This document shows positions 26,615 through 40,964 of a stretch of 64,000 nt of DNA, one piece after another (positions within the stretch are counted from its first letter, which is position 1; every line of letters begins with the position of its first letter). This DNA comes from Lama glama (lineage: Eukaryota). The position numbers were made by a program, and so were the translations under genes. The notes under the pieces are model-generated. The model was given only the letters and a program-made list of their open reading frames with translations. It was not told where the DNA came from and did not search any database. The stretch lies in the NCBI GenBank assembly GCA_028534125.1, contig CM052832.1, forward strand, positions 7,442,001-7,506,000. Direction: 5' to 3'.

Positions 26615-28997
26615 AAGGAGTTAGCTGCCTATGTTTTCCTTCTAGGAGTTTTATGCTTTCAGGTCTTGCATTCAAGTCTTTAATCCACTTTGAGTTAATT
26701 TTTGTAAACGGTGTAAGATAGTGGTCCAGTTTCGTTCTTTTGCATGTGGCTAACCAGTTTTCCCAATAACTTTTATTGAGTAGACTGTCCTTTTCCCATT
26801 GTATAGTCTTGGCGCCTTTGTTGTACATTAATTGACCACATAAGCATGGGTTTTATGTGTCTGTTTTAATTCTAGTACCATACTGGTTTAATTACTATAG
26901 CTTTATAATATGGTTTGAAATATGTCCAGCTTTGTTCTTTCTCAAGATTGCCTTGGCTATTTGGGCTCTTTTGTGGTTTTGTAAAAAGTTAGGATTTTTT
27001 TTTCTATATCCTTGAACAATGTAATTGGAATTTTGGTAGGGATTGTATTGAATCTGTAAATTTCTTTGGGTTATTTGGACATTTTAATGATATTAATTAT
27101 TCTAATCCATGAGTATGGACTATCTCTCCATTCATGTGTCTCTTCAATTTCTTTCCTTAAGTTCATACAGCTTTTTGTACAGGTTTTCACCTCTTTGGCT
27201 AAGTTTTTTCTTAGGTATTTTATTCTTTGGAATACAATTGTAAATGGGATTGGTTTCTTAATTTCTCTTTCTGATAGCTGGTTATTAATGTGTAGAAATG
27301 CAATTTTTATATTGATTTTGTATCCTGCATCATTACTGAATTTGTTTATTCTCACAATTTTTTTAATGGATTGTTTAGGGTTTTTTATATATGATATCAT
27401 TTCGTCTGCAAATAATGACAGTTTTACTTCTACCTTTCCAATTTGGATGCCTTTTATTTCTTTTTCTTACCTGATTTTTCTGGGTAGGAATTTTAATACT
27501 GTGTGGAATAAAAGTGACAAGAATGGGTGTACTGTCTTGTTCCTAATCTTAGATGAAAAGCTGCTAGCTTTTCACCTTTAAGTATGTTAGCCATGGGCTT
27601 GTTGTATGTAAATGGCCTTTATGATACTGAGATACATTTCCTCTATACTCACTTTGTTGAGCATTTCTATCATAAAAGGATGATTTTGAATTCTGTCAAA
27701 TGATTTTTCTGCATCTGTTAAGATGATTATCTGATTTTTGTCCTTCATTTTGTTTATGTGATATATCACATTGGCTGATTTGCAGCTGTTGAACCATCTG
27801 TGCATTCCTGTAATAAATCCCAGTTGATCATGATGTATGATCCTTGTAAAATATTACTGAAATCAGTTTACTACTATTTGGGGGGGGGAATTAGGTTTAT
27901 TTATTTATTTGATTATTATTTTTTTAATGGAGGTACTGGGGATTGAGCTGAGGACCTTGTGCATGCTAAGCATGGGCTCTGTCACTGAGCTATACTCACC
28001 CCCTGATTTGCTAACATTTGTTGAGGATGTTTGTATCTCTGTTCATCAGGAATATTTGCTTATAAATTTCTTTTCTTGTATTGTCCTTTATTGGTTTGGT
28101 ATTATGGTAATACTTACCTCATAAATTGAGTTTGGAAGAGTCTCCTTCTCTTCTATTTTTTGTGAAAGTTTGAGAAGGATTGGTATTAATTCGTCTTTGA
28201 ATGTTTGGTAGATTTCACCAGTGAAGCCATCTGGTCTTGGACTTCTGTTTGTTGTGAAGTTTTTGATTATTGGTTCAATCTCCTTCCTAGTAATCAGTCT
28301 ATTCATGATTTGGTCTTAGTAGGTTGTATGTTTCCAGGTATTTATACATTTTGTGTAGGTTGTTCAGTTTGTATTATGATTGTTCATATTGGCCTCATAT
28401 GATCCTTTAAATTTTTGTGGTATCAGTTGTAATATCTCTTTTACTTCTGATCTTATTTATTGAAGTCATCTGTCTTTTTTTCTTGGTGCTTCTAGCTAAA
28501 GGTTTTTCAACTTCATTTGTCTTTTCAAAGACCAGGGCTTAGTGTTCTTGTTCTTTTCTATTCTCTTTTTATTTTCTATTTCATTTATTTCTGGTATAAT
28601 CTTTGTTGCTTTCTTCTTTCTAATTAATTTTTTAATGTATTCTGTGTTTAATTTATTCTGTTTTTCTTATTCACTGATGTGTAAATTTATGTTATTTGAG
28701 ACCTTTCTTGTTTCTTGAAATAGATATTTATCATGATGAACTTCCCTCTTAGAACTGCTTTTGATGCATCCCATTAATTCTGGTGGTTTATATTTCCATT
28801 TTCATTTTTCTTAAGATAATTTTTGTTTTCTCTTTTGATTTCTGTTTAATACATTTGTTGTTCAATTTTATGTTTTTTAATCATTTTTGAATTTTCCAGT
28901 TTTCTTTGTGTAATTGATTTTTGGTTTCATGTTGTTGTGGTGGGAAAGGTGCTTGATATGATTTTAGTACTCTTAAATTTATTAAGATTTGTCTTGT
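26615..28997 (-). mobile_element. LINE-1 ORF2 (end of endonuclease through RT), disrupted
   Basis: ORF track: [16 protein letters not shown]...[49 protein letters not shown] motif reads LFADE. Confidence 0.95.
27880..28003 (-). mobile_element. Camelid tRNA-derived SINE nested in L1
   Basis: aatggaggtactggggattgag...gcatgctaagcatg...cactgagctatactcacccc. Confidence 0.9.
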
Positions 28998-29497
28998 NNN
29001 NNNNNNNNNNNNNNNNNNNNNNNNNNNNNNNNNNNNNNNNNNNNNNNNNNNNNNNNNNNNNNNNNNNNNNNNNNNNNNNNNNNNNNNNNNNNNNNNNNNN
29101 NNNNNNNNNNNNNNNNNNNNNNNNNNNNNNNNNNNNNNNNNNNNNNNNNNNNNNNNNNNNNNNNNNNNNNNNNNNNNNNNNNNNNNNNNNNNNNNNNNNN
29201 NNNNNNNNNNNNNNNNNNNNNNNNNNNNNNNNNNNNNNNNNNNNNNNNNNNNNNNNNNNNNNNNNNNNNNNNNNNNNNNNNNNNNNNNNNNNNNNNNNNN
29301 NNNNNNNNNNNNNNNNNNNNNNNNNNNNNNNNNNNNNNNNNNNNNNNNNNNNNNNNNNNNNNNNNNNNNNNNNNNNNNNNNNNNNNNNNNNNNNNNNNNN
29401 NNNNNNNNNNNNNNNNNNNNNNNNNNNNNNNNNNNNNNNNNNNNNNNNNNNNNNNNNNNNNNNNNNNNNNNNNNNNNNNNNNNNNNNNNNNNNNNNN
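28998..29497. other. Assembly gap (500 N)
   Basis: N run. Confidence 1.
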
Positions 29498-30839
29498 CCC
29501 TGATGTTGCATGCCCTGGGAAGTTCCCTTGGCCTAGCCAAAGGGAAGATAAAAAGTTAAAATGTGTAATTTTTAATATGAGAATAAAGAGATATTTTCCT
29601 CTGTTATTCTTGATAGTGACCAGTTGTGTTACATATAGCTTGTGATATCGCGGAACATAGGGCTATTACTTAATGGCTTTCCAATCAGAATCATTTTGCA
29701 AGTGTTGTATAAAAAAGGGGTCTGAAACTTATGAGTTTCTTCTCACAAATAAATTCTCCTTGAAAGAGTATTGTTTTCTTTGGTGGTGAGGACTTCCTCT
29801 TCAATTTTAGAAGATTTGTCTGGTGAAAATGTCTTTGGGTGGTCTTTTCACCCAGGAGGTTGATAGAAAAATATTAGTTTACCTTTTCTGATAAATAGTT
29901 ACTGTAGTTCTCTTATTTAAACCCGATCTCACGGTTTCCTCTGTAGATCTGGTGACTCAAGTAGAATTGGCACATGGGTTTTTCTGAGGGTTGCTTTTTT
30001 AAAAAAGGGAACCATGTTTCTCTGAAATCTTGGATTGATGATAACCTTAATATTTTTCATTAGTTGAACTGAAATGAACCTGAAATATAATCACATTAAA
30101 ATTTATACTTGGCACTTTAGAGACTAATATTTCAAAGCTGTTGTTTCTAATTGAAGACTCTGAGCCTTTAATGCCAAGTTCTGATTTATGAACAAGGCGA
30201 GGAAGAAAATAAAACATCTTCCTTTGGTTTTAAATTATTCCTTAAAGTGTTTTTGTACTTTTGAAATTACAGATTACATTTATACCTACTGTTCTTTGCA
30301 TTTCCTCATATTCTTATTCTCTTTCTTTGAACATTTTGCTTTTCCTGCGTAGGTAATTTTTTTTTTTAAATTTATGTGTGTACATTACGTGCTTAATTAT
30401 TTTCATGTTATAGGAGTTAGTTGAGGATGGTGTGTAAATGATTGGCTTTAAAAAATTAGTTCTTAAAATTAAAGGAGGAAATAGGGAAAACTGTATCAAG
30501 TAATGGGCATTAGAGTAACTGTGTAAGAGATTTGAGTGACACAATGATTATCTAAAGGACTATTTTTCTTCTCCGTGTTTTTAACACACAAACTTTGCTT
30601 TTGCCTAATATAATTTATTTTGTTTGGGAAATAAGACAAATGACCTTTGACATTTTTTAAAAGAGTTCTTTCTAAGAAAGTGCAAATGATATTAGCCACT
30701 TTAAAGAGAATTTATTATACAGTGAGCAATTTTTTACACCCATAAAATAGAATAAAAAGACTTCTATGAGGTGAACTCAAATTCCTTGTAAGAACGAGTA
30801 ACATTGTTTAGTTTAGAATGCAAGAAAGTTGGTTTTTAC

Positions 30840-31235
30840 ATCCTCAAATACATCTAGCAAACTCTTCCAAAGACCTTTGTACTTGTTGCTTCCTTCTCCT
30901 GGAATTCTCTTCCTAGCCAGTTCCTCCCAATATTTGCATAATTTCCCTCAGGTCTCTCCTAGTATTTCGCCTTCTGAGATTACCACCTTAGCCACTACCT
31001 TACCTAAAATAATACTCGTCGCTCTTCATTCTCATTCTAACTCCATTTTATTTTACTTCATTACACTTCTTCCTACCTGTCATAATATACATTTATTTGT
31101 TCTTCACTTTTTTTTGGTTACCTCTGTTAGAATGTATTCAAAGAGTACAGGATCATTCCTTTGTTCTCTGCTTTATCTCTAAGCTCATAGAAGGTTGCCT
31201 AGCACATAAGTAACTCTTTAATGATTGAATTAATG
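30840..31235 (+). mobile_element. L2 3' end
   Basis: gacctttgtacttgttgcttccttctcctggaattctcttcc...gttgcctagcacataagtaactc...tgaattaatg. Confidence 0.8.
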
Positions 31236-31719
31236 CATTTCGGCCAATCATGTAACTTCTTAGGGTGAAATTTTCATACCTCTAAACTATGTGATCAGGT
31301 TCCTTTGCTCCCTTTCATTTGTTCTTGTCTACTCACTAATTGAATATGTTATTTTTATCACACCATTTTTTATTTTATTGTGGTTATATTTGCATGCCTT
31401 TTGCTCCAATACATTATAAGCTACTCTAGTGTGTCTTACTCATCTTGTTGCCTTTGGCATTGAATATGCAACCTTTGACATTATGTACATATATTGCATT
31501 TTATGGATTCATTATCAGGAAATTATATATTCTGATTCACAATGATTTATCATATGCTGAATATCTAATACTTAAAGAGTTACAGTACAATAAAGTACAT
31601 TTGATACTAACTTTTAAAGATACACACACATTTTTGTATTAAGAAAGCATTTAGAAGGCTTTCTTTTCTTCAGAATCTTTGGTAGAGAGCTTGGGAAGTG
31701 TTTTCTTTGTGGTGGTTTT

Positions 31720-31875
31720 GTGGATAGAGTAAGTGCTTTGGTATCAGACATATACCTTCACTGGGGTCAGATCTTGCCCCTTACGGGCAAGTTCTAGTTA
31801 CATGACTATGGACAGGTTGCTTTTTTTTTTCTCTTGACCTTTTATTTCTCATCTATAAATTGGAGAAAATACCTT
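31720..31875 (+). mobile_element. MIR SINE
   Basis: gagtaagtgctttggtatcagac...tttctcatctataaattggaga. Confidence 0.6.
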
Positions 31876-31894
31876 CATTATTATCATTGTATTG

Positions 31895-32120
31895 ACAGTT
31901 ACTCAATATTTCCATGTGTGGAGATACTATGCTAAGTATTTTATATTAATCCATTTAATTTTCTTAGTAATCCTCTAAGGTGTGGGGGTTTTACATTTCA
32001 TTTTACAGATGAAATTGATATATTGAGAGGTTAAATACCTCGTGCCCTGTCACAGAGCCAGCAAATGGTTGAACTAGACTGGAACCATGATGATTTAACA
32101 TTTCCATTACTGGCCTCTTA
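31895..32120 (-). mobile_element. MIR SINE
   Basis: atactatgctaagtattttatatt...cattttacagatgaaattga...gagaggttaaata...gtcacagagc. Confidence 0.75.
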
Positions 32121-34167
32121 TACTAATATAAAGAAGATAGTATTTGTCAAGTATTGAATTCCATTATTGGCAAATAATAGGTTCTCAAAGCATGTTGATG
32201 TGTTTCCTTGTTTTCATTTTGTTGCGATTTTGTGTTTGAGTAACATTTATATACTTTCTTCAGTCTAGAAGTTATTTTTACCCTCTTTCCTTCTTGGTAG
32301 GAAATCACATGATTGTGTACCTTTCCTGTTACTCAATGCAAATAATCTAAAGAAATAGACATGTTCAGTTATACACTATTACAGAGTATTTCTATAAATA
32401 CTATATAGATGAATCCTAAAATTCTGGTAGTGGGGAGTGGGTTTTATATAGAAGTTATATTTTCCTACTTACCCAGGAGAAAAAGCTTGATGTGGTTAAA
32501 GAACAGAAGTCTTATACAAGAGATCTGAGTATTTTTTCCTAGCTTTGTCAAATTTTGTTAATAACTTTGAAAGTCATAACTGCTGGATCTTAGTTTTATT
32601 ACTTGTCAAATAAACAGAAGTACATAATTTCTAACATTTTAGGATTCTATTCTGTTGCTTTTGGTTTTAAGTTTCCTACAAGTTACCTTTTCATTTATTG
32701 TATGTAGGAAGCTTCCCATAGGAAATCAGTAAATGCAACTTGTATAAAGAAGTATGTTAATTATTCATTTTATTATTTTAGGAGATTTTTCAGCAAAAAC
32801 TTTGCAGGCCAGAAAAGAATCATACAATATATTCCAAGTGCTGAAAGAAAAGAACTGTTAACTAAGAATACTGTACCTGGAAAAGCTGTCCTTCAGAACT
32901 GAGGGAGAGATAAAGAGTTTTCTAGACTAGCAAAAACTGGAATATATTACCACTAGCCAGACTCATAAGAGGTGTTAAAGAAAGGTCTTCAATCTGAAAT
33001 GAAAGAATACTAATTAGTAACAGAAAACATATGAAAGTATTAAACTCGCTGGTAAAAGTAGATAGATAGTTAAATTCATAATATTCTAATGTCATAATGG
33101 TGGTGGATAAAGCACTGGTAACTTTAGCATGAAGATTAAAAGATAATATTAAAACGAACTGTAAGTACAATAATTTGTTAACAGATACACAAGGTAAAAT
33201 TATATAAATTATGATATCAAAAACATAAGATGTTGGGGGGAGTGTGAAAGTTTATGGCCTTCTATGCATTTGAAATTAAGTCATCTTAAAATAATAGTAC
33301 TATAACTCTAAGATGTTTTGTGTAAGTGCTGTGGTAACCATAAGCAAAAACCTATGGTAGATACAAAAAAGATAAAGAAAGAGGAATCTGAGCATACCAC
33401 TCCAGAAAATCATCATATCACAACAGAAGAGAGTAAGACTGGAAGAAAAGAACAAAAGAAGTACAAAACAACCAGAAAACAATGAACAAAATGGGAATAG
33501 TAAGTTCATAACTATCAATAATTACTTTAAATATTAAATAAATAAGTGAGTTAAATGTCTAAATTCTCCAATCAAAAGAAATAGAGTGACTGAATGGATA
33601 AAAAACAAGACCTAATTATATGTTTTCTACAAGAAACCCACTTCAGATGTCTGGATACACATGAAAGTGAAAAGATGCAAAAAGATAGTCCATGCAAATA
33701 GAAATCAAAAGAAAGCAGAGGTAGGTACAGTTATACTAGACAAAATAGATGTTAAGCCAAAGATTAACCATAGAAAATGGTCAGTATACGATAAAGGGCT
33801 CAGTTCATCAAGAATGTATAATGTTTATAAATATTTATGCACAGAACATAGGAGCATCTAAATGTGTAAAGCAAACACGAACAGATTTTAGTGGAGAAAT
33901 AGATAGCAATACAATTATTATAGTAGGGGATTTCAGTACCCTACTTTTAGCAATAGATCATCCAGGCAGAAAATCAGTAAGTATTCATTGGATATAAACT
34001 ATACATTATACCAGATTATTTCACAAACATTTATAAGCACATTCCACTCAACAGCAGCTAAATATACATTCTTCCTAAGTGCACAAGGAACATTCACCAG
34101 GATAGATCATATGTTTGGCCACAAAACATGTTTTTGTAAATTTAAGAAGACTGAAATCATTTCAAGT

Positions 34168-34212
34168 ATGTGTGTGTATGTATATATATGTGTATATATA
34201 TATATATATATG
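34168..34212. repeat. (TG)n/(TA)n microsatellite inside L1
   Basis: atgtgtgtgtatgtatatatatgtgtatatatatatatatatatg. Confidence 0.9.
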
Positions 34213-35342
34213 TTTTTTTTTTGGACCACAAAGGTATGGAGCTAACAATAAATACAAGAAGAAAACTAGAATTCAGAGACTAACATTCTCCTGAATAATC
34301 AATAGTTCAAAAAAGAAACCAAAAGAAAAATTAAGAAAATATAATGGTATAAATGAAAATGGAAACACAACATATGACAACTTACGGGATGCTGCAAAAG
34401 CATTTCTAATAGGGAAGTTTATAGCAATAAATGCCTGCATTAAGAGACAAGAAAGACCTCAAACAACCTAAGTTTACATCTCAAAGACTTAGAAAAAGAA
34501 CAAACTAAGCACAAAGGTAATTGAAGGAAGGGGATAATAAAGATCAGAGTAGAAATAAATGAAATCGAGACTAAGAAGACATAGAAAACATCAGTGAAAC
34601 TAAGAGCAGCCTTTTTGAAATGGTAAATAGACAAACGTCCATGTAGATTAACAAAGAAAAGATAGGATTCAAATACAAATTTATAAAGGAAAACGGTGTC
34701 ATTAAAGCTGATACTATACAATTTGAGTAAGAGACTACTATGAACAATTATATGTAAACAAATTTTGCAACCTAGAAGAGATGAATACATTCCCAGAAAC
34801 ATGCACTCTCCCACGACTGAATCAGGAAGAAGTAGAAAATCTGAATTTACTGATCACTAGTAATGATGAAATCAGTAATCAACAAACTCCCAAGAAACAA
34901 GTTGAGGACCATGTGGCTCTGTTGATGAAGTCTACCAAACATTTGAAGAAGAATTAATAACCAATTCTCCTCAAACTGTTACAAAGACTAGAAGAGGTGA
35001 GAACTCTTCCAAACTTATTTTATGAGGCCATCATTACCACGATACCAAAACCAGTCGAGGATGTTGCAGAAAAAAAAAAAAAAATTACAGGCCAATATCT
35101 TTGATGAACATAGATGCAAGAATCCTCACCCAAATAATAGCAAACTGAATTCAGTAGTTCATTAAAAGAATCATATACCATGATGAAATGGGATTTATTC
35201 CCAGGATGCAGAGATGATTCAGTGTTTGCAAATCACAGGGTGATACACCACAATAAATAAATGAAGCATAATTTCATATGATCATCTCAACTTACGCAGA
35301 AAAATCATTTGGCAGAATTCATCATTTCAGATAAAAATTCTC

Positions 35343-35442
35343 NNNNNNNNNNNNNNNNNNNNNNNNNNNNNNNNNNNNNNNNNNNNNNNNNNNNNNNNNN
35401 NNNNNNNNNNNNNNNNNNNNNNNNNNNNNNNNNNNNNNNNNN
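35343..35442. other. Assembly gap (100 N)
   Basis: N run. Confidence 1.
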
Positions 35443-37129
35443 TGTATAAAAATCATTTACATTCTGTACACTAACAATGAAATCTTAACAAGAGACATTA
35501 AGAAAACCCATTTAGAACAGTATCTCAAAGAATAAAAATACCTTGGAATAATGGTAACCAAGGAGGTGTAAGTTCTGTACCCTGAAAACTGTAAGACCTT
35601 GATGAAATAAAATGTAGAAAACAAATAAATGGAAAGCTACTCCATTCTCATTGTTTGGGTAAAATTGATTTTGTTTAAGTATTTCTACTACCCCAAACTA
35701 TCTGTAGATTCAGTGCAACACCTATCAAAATTCCAGTGGCATTTTTCACAGAAACTGAAAATAAATCATAAAATTTATGTGGAACCACAAAATGTATAGA
35801 GAATGTATAGAGAATGCAGTCTTGAGAAGGAAGAATAAAGTTAAAGGCACAGCACTTGCTGAAGTCAAACTGTTTTACAAAACTTCAGTAAGGAAAACAA
35901 TGTGGTATTAGCATAAAAACAGACACAGATCAATGGAACAGAATAGAGACAAATGGGGAAATGATTATCTCCTCAAGAAGTCGTGTTGAGAAAACTGGAT
36001 ATTCTAGGAAGTACTTTAAGACACTGGCTCAAACCATTTTGAAGATGTATCTTTAAAAGTATTTACTTTATATAGAGATTTTTTCCATTGGACTCTAGGA
36101 GTCAAGAGACTTAGGTTTTAATTTCTAATTGATTTGTGATTGTTACTGGTCCGATGGTCTAACCTGTTTGAGACTTGTTTTTCACATTTGACTAGAGCAG
36201 AGAACACCATACTGTTTTTTAGCCCCAGAATTACAGAATTCTGTGAAATATCAGATGTCCTTGATTCTAAGAAAGGTGTTTTAACTTCCTGAAGGTGGAA
36301 TGCCTCTTAAATTGATAAGTTTATTTAAATTGATATGTTATTTTTTTTTAACCTTTGTAGCTTTTGTTAATGGTTTCTTATACTCAGCAGTGTCTCCGAT
36401 TTAAGGAGAAATGGCAATTATCTATTTTAGTAGTGTATATTTAAAAATAACACTTAACCTCATATTAAAATTTAGTTGGAGGATTCCACATTTTGCATGC
36501 ACTTAAATATTTTCTGTAATGTTTATGAAAGTTATTTTAAAACTAGGGAACATGATGGTAATACAAATCAGGCACTCAGTTTTTTAAAAAAATAAATTAA
36601 CTATTAACAAAATATAAACTTGAAACATGTATTTTATGGAATCATATTACCTCCAAATTATGACTGAGAAATTGATTTGGTAGGAAAAATTCTAGAAATA
36701 GACTTGTTTGTAAATTCTGAATCTAATTTTGGCTTTGCCATCAACTTGTTTTGTTATGTTGGCCAAGTTGCTTAACTTTTTCTGTTAATTTTTTTGATTT
36801 AAATTAAATTATCTGCCCTCTAATTTTGAGACCCAAGTGTGTAATAAAGCTTTTCAAAGATTATATATTTTCAAAACCTTTTGAAAATTTTGAAAGCTTA
36901 TACAAATGCATGATTTGACTCTGTAACTCGAAAATCATCTCCATTTATTCCCCCATTTTTTAGTGAAAAAGGAAAAAAAAGAGTAAGAATACTCCCCTAC
37001 CTGAAAAAACAGTGAATTTCTCTTTTCATGAATATCTTCTAACAAAGCTAATGAAAAAATAATGGAACATTATATGTTAAGATATTATATTCTAGACTAA
37101 AAATGTTATATTGGATTTTTAAGATGAAC

Positions 37130-40100
37130 CTTTTCATTTTGAAATAGTAATAGAATCACATGCAGTTTTCAGAAATAGCACAGAGAGATCTTTGGTACCC
37201 TTTGCCCATTTCTCACAGTGGTAACATCTTACAAAACTATAGTTCAACGTCACAGTCATTATGTTGACATTAATGCAATCAAGGTCAAGAAGAGTTTGTT
37301 TACCACAAGGACCCCTCTGGTTACCCTTTTATAGGCATAGCCACTGCCTCTGCCCCCTCCCCTATCTGTCCTTACTCCTGGCAAGCACTAGTCTCTCCTC
37401 CATTTCTATAATTTTGTCAACTCAAGAATTTTACATAAATGGGAATTTACACTATATGACCTTTTGGGATTCTTTTTTCACTCACCATAATTTCCTGGAG
37501 TTGCTGCATATATCAGTATTTGTTCATTTTTATTAAAGAGTAGTATTTCGTTGTACCAGTTAATTTACTTCCTCATCTGTTGAAAAACATCTGGGTTGTT
37601 TCCAGTTTGGGGGTATTATATATTTAGCTGCTGTGAATATTTGTGTACAGATTTTTGTGTGTGAACATAAGTTCCCATTTCTCTGAGGTAAATGCCTAAG
37701 AGTGAAGTTGCTGGGTGTTCTGATGATGACACGATTGGTTTTATTACACTGCCAGAGTGGTTGTACCACTCAGCACTCCAGTCAGTAATGTATGAGTGAT
37801 CCAGTTTCTCTACATCCTTTCTTGCATTTGATGCTACTATTTTTTTTTTTTTGGTTTGGTTTGGTTCTAGGCATTCTAATAGGTGTATAATGACATCTCT
37901 GTATGACTTTCATTTGCATTTCAATAATAACCGGTGATACAGAACATTTTTCACATGTCTGTTTTCTATGTATTTACTCTTTGGTGAAATGATTGTTACA
38001 TATTTACCCATTTTATTATTAGATTATTTATTGTTTACTGTTGAGTTTTTAAGAGTTCTTTATAGGTACTTATCCTTTGTTGTATATGTAGTCCACAAGT
38101 ATTTTTCTCAAAGCTCCATAGCTTGTCTTTTCATACTTTTACCATAGTCTTTTGCAGAGAAAAGTTGTAAATTTAGAATTAGGTCCATTTTATCAGTTTT
38201 GCCTCTTATGGGTTGTGCTTTTGTTTATCAAAACAAACGTTTGACTTGCCCTTTATTCTGAAGGTTTTCTCCTATATTTATTTTTGTAAAAGTTTTATAG
38301 TTTTTTACATTAAGGTCCATGGCCCATTTTGAGTTAATTTTTGTCTAAGATATGAGGTTTAGTTTTTGTTTTTGCCAGTGGATTCTCTATTGCTTCTGTA
38401 CCATTTGCTGAAAAGGCTGTACTCCCTCCATTGGATTATGTTTGCGAGATTTTCAAAAATCAGTTGGGTGTATTTTTGTGTGTGTGTGCTCCTGGGTTTA
38501 GATTCTGTTCCACTGATCTATATGTGTTTTTGTTTGCCACATCAATACTGTCTGATTGGTGTAGTAGGCTTGAAGAGCAGATAGATTTTTTTTTCCACTT
38601 TATTATTTTTTAAGATTGTTTATTCTTGGGCGTGTTTCTACGTAAATTTTAGAATTAGCTTGTGTGTCTCCAGATAACATTACTGGGATTTTGATAGAAA
38701 TTGCATTGAACTTAAAAATTAATTTGAGAATTGACATCTTACTATGTTGTGTCTTGTAATACATGAAAATGTTGTGTTTCTTCACTCCATTTAAGTATTC
38801 CTTGATTTCTTTCTTATTTATTTTCTAAGTTTCTGCCTGTAGGTCCTGGACTTGTTTTGTTAAGTTTATAGCTCAATAGTTCATTTTCTTTATGTGATAA
38901 TAAGTAATATTTTAATTTTGGTTTCCACATGTTCCTTATTGGCATATGAAAATTTAATTTTTGTGTGTTAGTTTTGTATCCTGTCACTTTGCTAAACTAA
39001 GCAAACAGTTCTAAGAGTTTTGTGGCAGATCTGTTGAAATTTTCTATGTAGAGAATCATTCATCTCCAAAAAGGATACTCTTCTTTCTTATTTGTATTCC
39101 TTTTATATCTTTTTATTATCTTACTGCAGTGGCTAGAACTTTCAATGCTATGTCGAGTAAGAGTGGTAAGAGCAGACATCCTGGCTTTGTTCCTCATCTT
39201 GGGAAGAAAGCATCTAATGAGAATTTTTATAAAATGATGTTGTATTATGTCAAATGCTTTGTCTACATCTGTTTACATGATCTTATGATTTCTCTTTATT
39301 TAGTCTATTGATACTGAATCAGCCTTATATATAACTGGAATAAGTTCCAGTAGTCATTATATATATAGTCCTTTGTATATATTGCTGGATATGATTTGCT
39401 AATATTTGGTGAGCAGTTTTGCATTTAAATTTATGAGAGATATTGGTCCATAGTACCCCCCCCCAATTTTGTACTATGTCCTTTTGTTTTGGTATCTGAG
39501 TCCTAAAATAAGTGGGAACATTTTTCTTCCTTATAAATTTTCTGGAACAAATTGTGTAAAACATATTAATTCTGCTTTAAATGTTTGATAGAATTCTGTG
39601 AAACCATCTGGACTTAAAGATTTCCTCTGTCATCTTTGCTATAGCCTTGTGTTCATCCAGTGAGTTTATTTTGATGATTATATTTTTTCAGTTCTCTAAT
39701 TTCTATTTGGTTACTTAAAAAAAACTTACTAATTTGTGTTAAAAGAATTCTAATGGCTTGTTAAAGCATGTGTGACGGCTGCTCTAAAATCCTTGTCAGA
39801 CAGTTCTAACATCTGATTCGTCTTGGTTTTGACGTTTGTTGGGTTTTTCCCCATACGTGTTGTGCTTCCCTGGTTCTTAGTATGGCAGTGATTTTTTAAA
39901 ATTATATCCTGTTATTAATGAGACTCTGGAGCCCATTTAATTTTTTCCCCAATCAGCCAGGCCTTCTGTTTAAGTGTATCATGAGGGTTGGGTGTCTGTA
40001 TATGTTCAGAGTCCCACTAGGGTCCCCCACTTACCCCAGAGTACTCCAGGACCCCTAGCGCGAAAGTGAGATGCTGACTCCCACTGCCTTGCTGCGGATG

Positions 40101-40741
40101 GTGGTTGGACATTCACCTTCCCCTGCTGCGGATTTGGGTTATAGTGTCAGTTTCCTGCTGAGCCTGCTGCCACCAGGGGAGGGTGGGGGAAGTGGAGCAT
40201 CGGCTAGCTCCGCATCCCACAACCTCCTTTGGCCTCATGAATTCAGAGTAGGGCTAGGACTCTGCCTCCCCTGGGCACTGCTCACCCCAGGGGAGTGGGG
40301 AATGGGAGTGTGGACCAGCCCTGCGTGGCACTGCTGGGGAGGTGTGGAGATTAAGCTCCCCATCGGGCCTCGGTGGCCTTGAGGGATGGGGGAAAGTGGA
40401 GTGGGGACGAATTGCCAAAAACGTAATTTCTATTGTTAGTCCACCCTGTTTCTGGTCCTTGGCTGGAGGGAGCAGGCTTTTCTTGGAGGTTCCACAAGCA
40501 ATCTGCTGCAGCACCCTGCCTGGGACACGGTGCAGGGGGAGGGGGGGCGGTCAGGAAACCCAGGGTGCTCATTGCCAGGTTATTCCTCCGGAGGGGAGGT
40601 CTCGCGGCAGCCAGCTTTCTTTTTTCTGCCTTTCAGAAACTTCCTGTGCTTTCTTGTCTTGTTACAGCAAGGGTTTTTCAGTTGTGAGAGGAAGGACTTG
40701 GGAGGCATGGGGCTTTCCATCATGACAGAACCAGAAGTCCC
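37130..40741 (-). mobile_element. Old L1 (L1MC/L1MD-like) with 3' end, ORF2 part and GC-rich 5' end; internally deleted
   Basis: 3' end tagaatcacatgcagttttcagaaatagcacagagagatc; ORF2 remnants (IFKFNAISIKIP; QIFTAAKYII..NWKQPRC); 5' terminus reads gggacttctggttctgtcatgatgg on - strand. Confidence 0.82.
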
Positions 40742-40964
40742 TCGAGATACTGCTTTATACTGCTTTGTTACCACAGAAGCACATAAAATAAAATCAAATG
40801 TTCTTATTAAAGTAGGGTACTATCTTGTGAAAATTTTTTCCATCTGCATTTTCTTCATTGATTTCTTCATTGATTTCTACATTGGGTTGTGATCCATTAT
40901 TAGGACTTTTCCCCCCTAGAATCACAGGATTATTTTCTTATGAAACAAGGAGTGTCTCTGACCC

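Larger units (their letters stand above)
32780..36004 (+). mobile_element. LINE-1, sense orientation: ORF1 C-terminus, inter-ORF and ORF2 EN/RT; both ends truncated; spans a gap
   Basis: ORF1 DFSAKTLQARKE..IFQVLKEK; ORF2 HANRNQKKAEV, IIVGDFSTLL, YTFFLSAQGTFTRIDHMFGHK; many stops. Confidence 0.95.

Noticed and set aside
27066..27581. 171-aa hydrophobic ORF, and similar F/L-rich ORFs, as membrane proteins
   Set aside because: Antisense reading of A-rich L1 ORF2
32743..32758. taaagaagtatgt resembles part of miR-1
   Set aside because: Only 13 nt, no seed region and no hairpin partner seen
40071..40892. GC-rich block with overlapping ORFs as a gene or CpG-island promoter
   Set aside because: Better explained as an old L1 5' region; peptides unrecognisable
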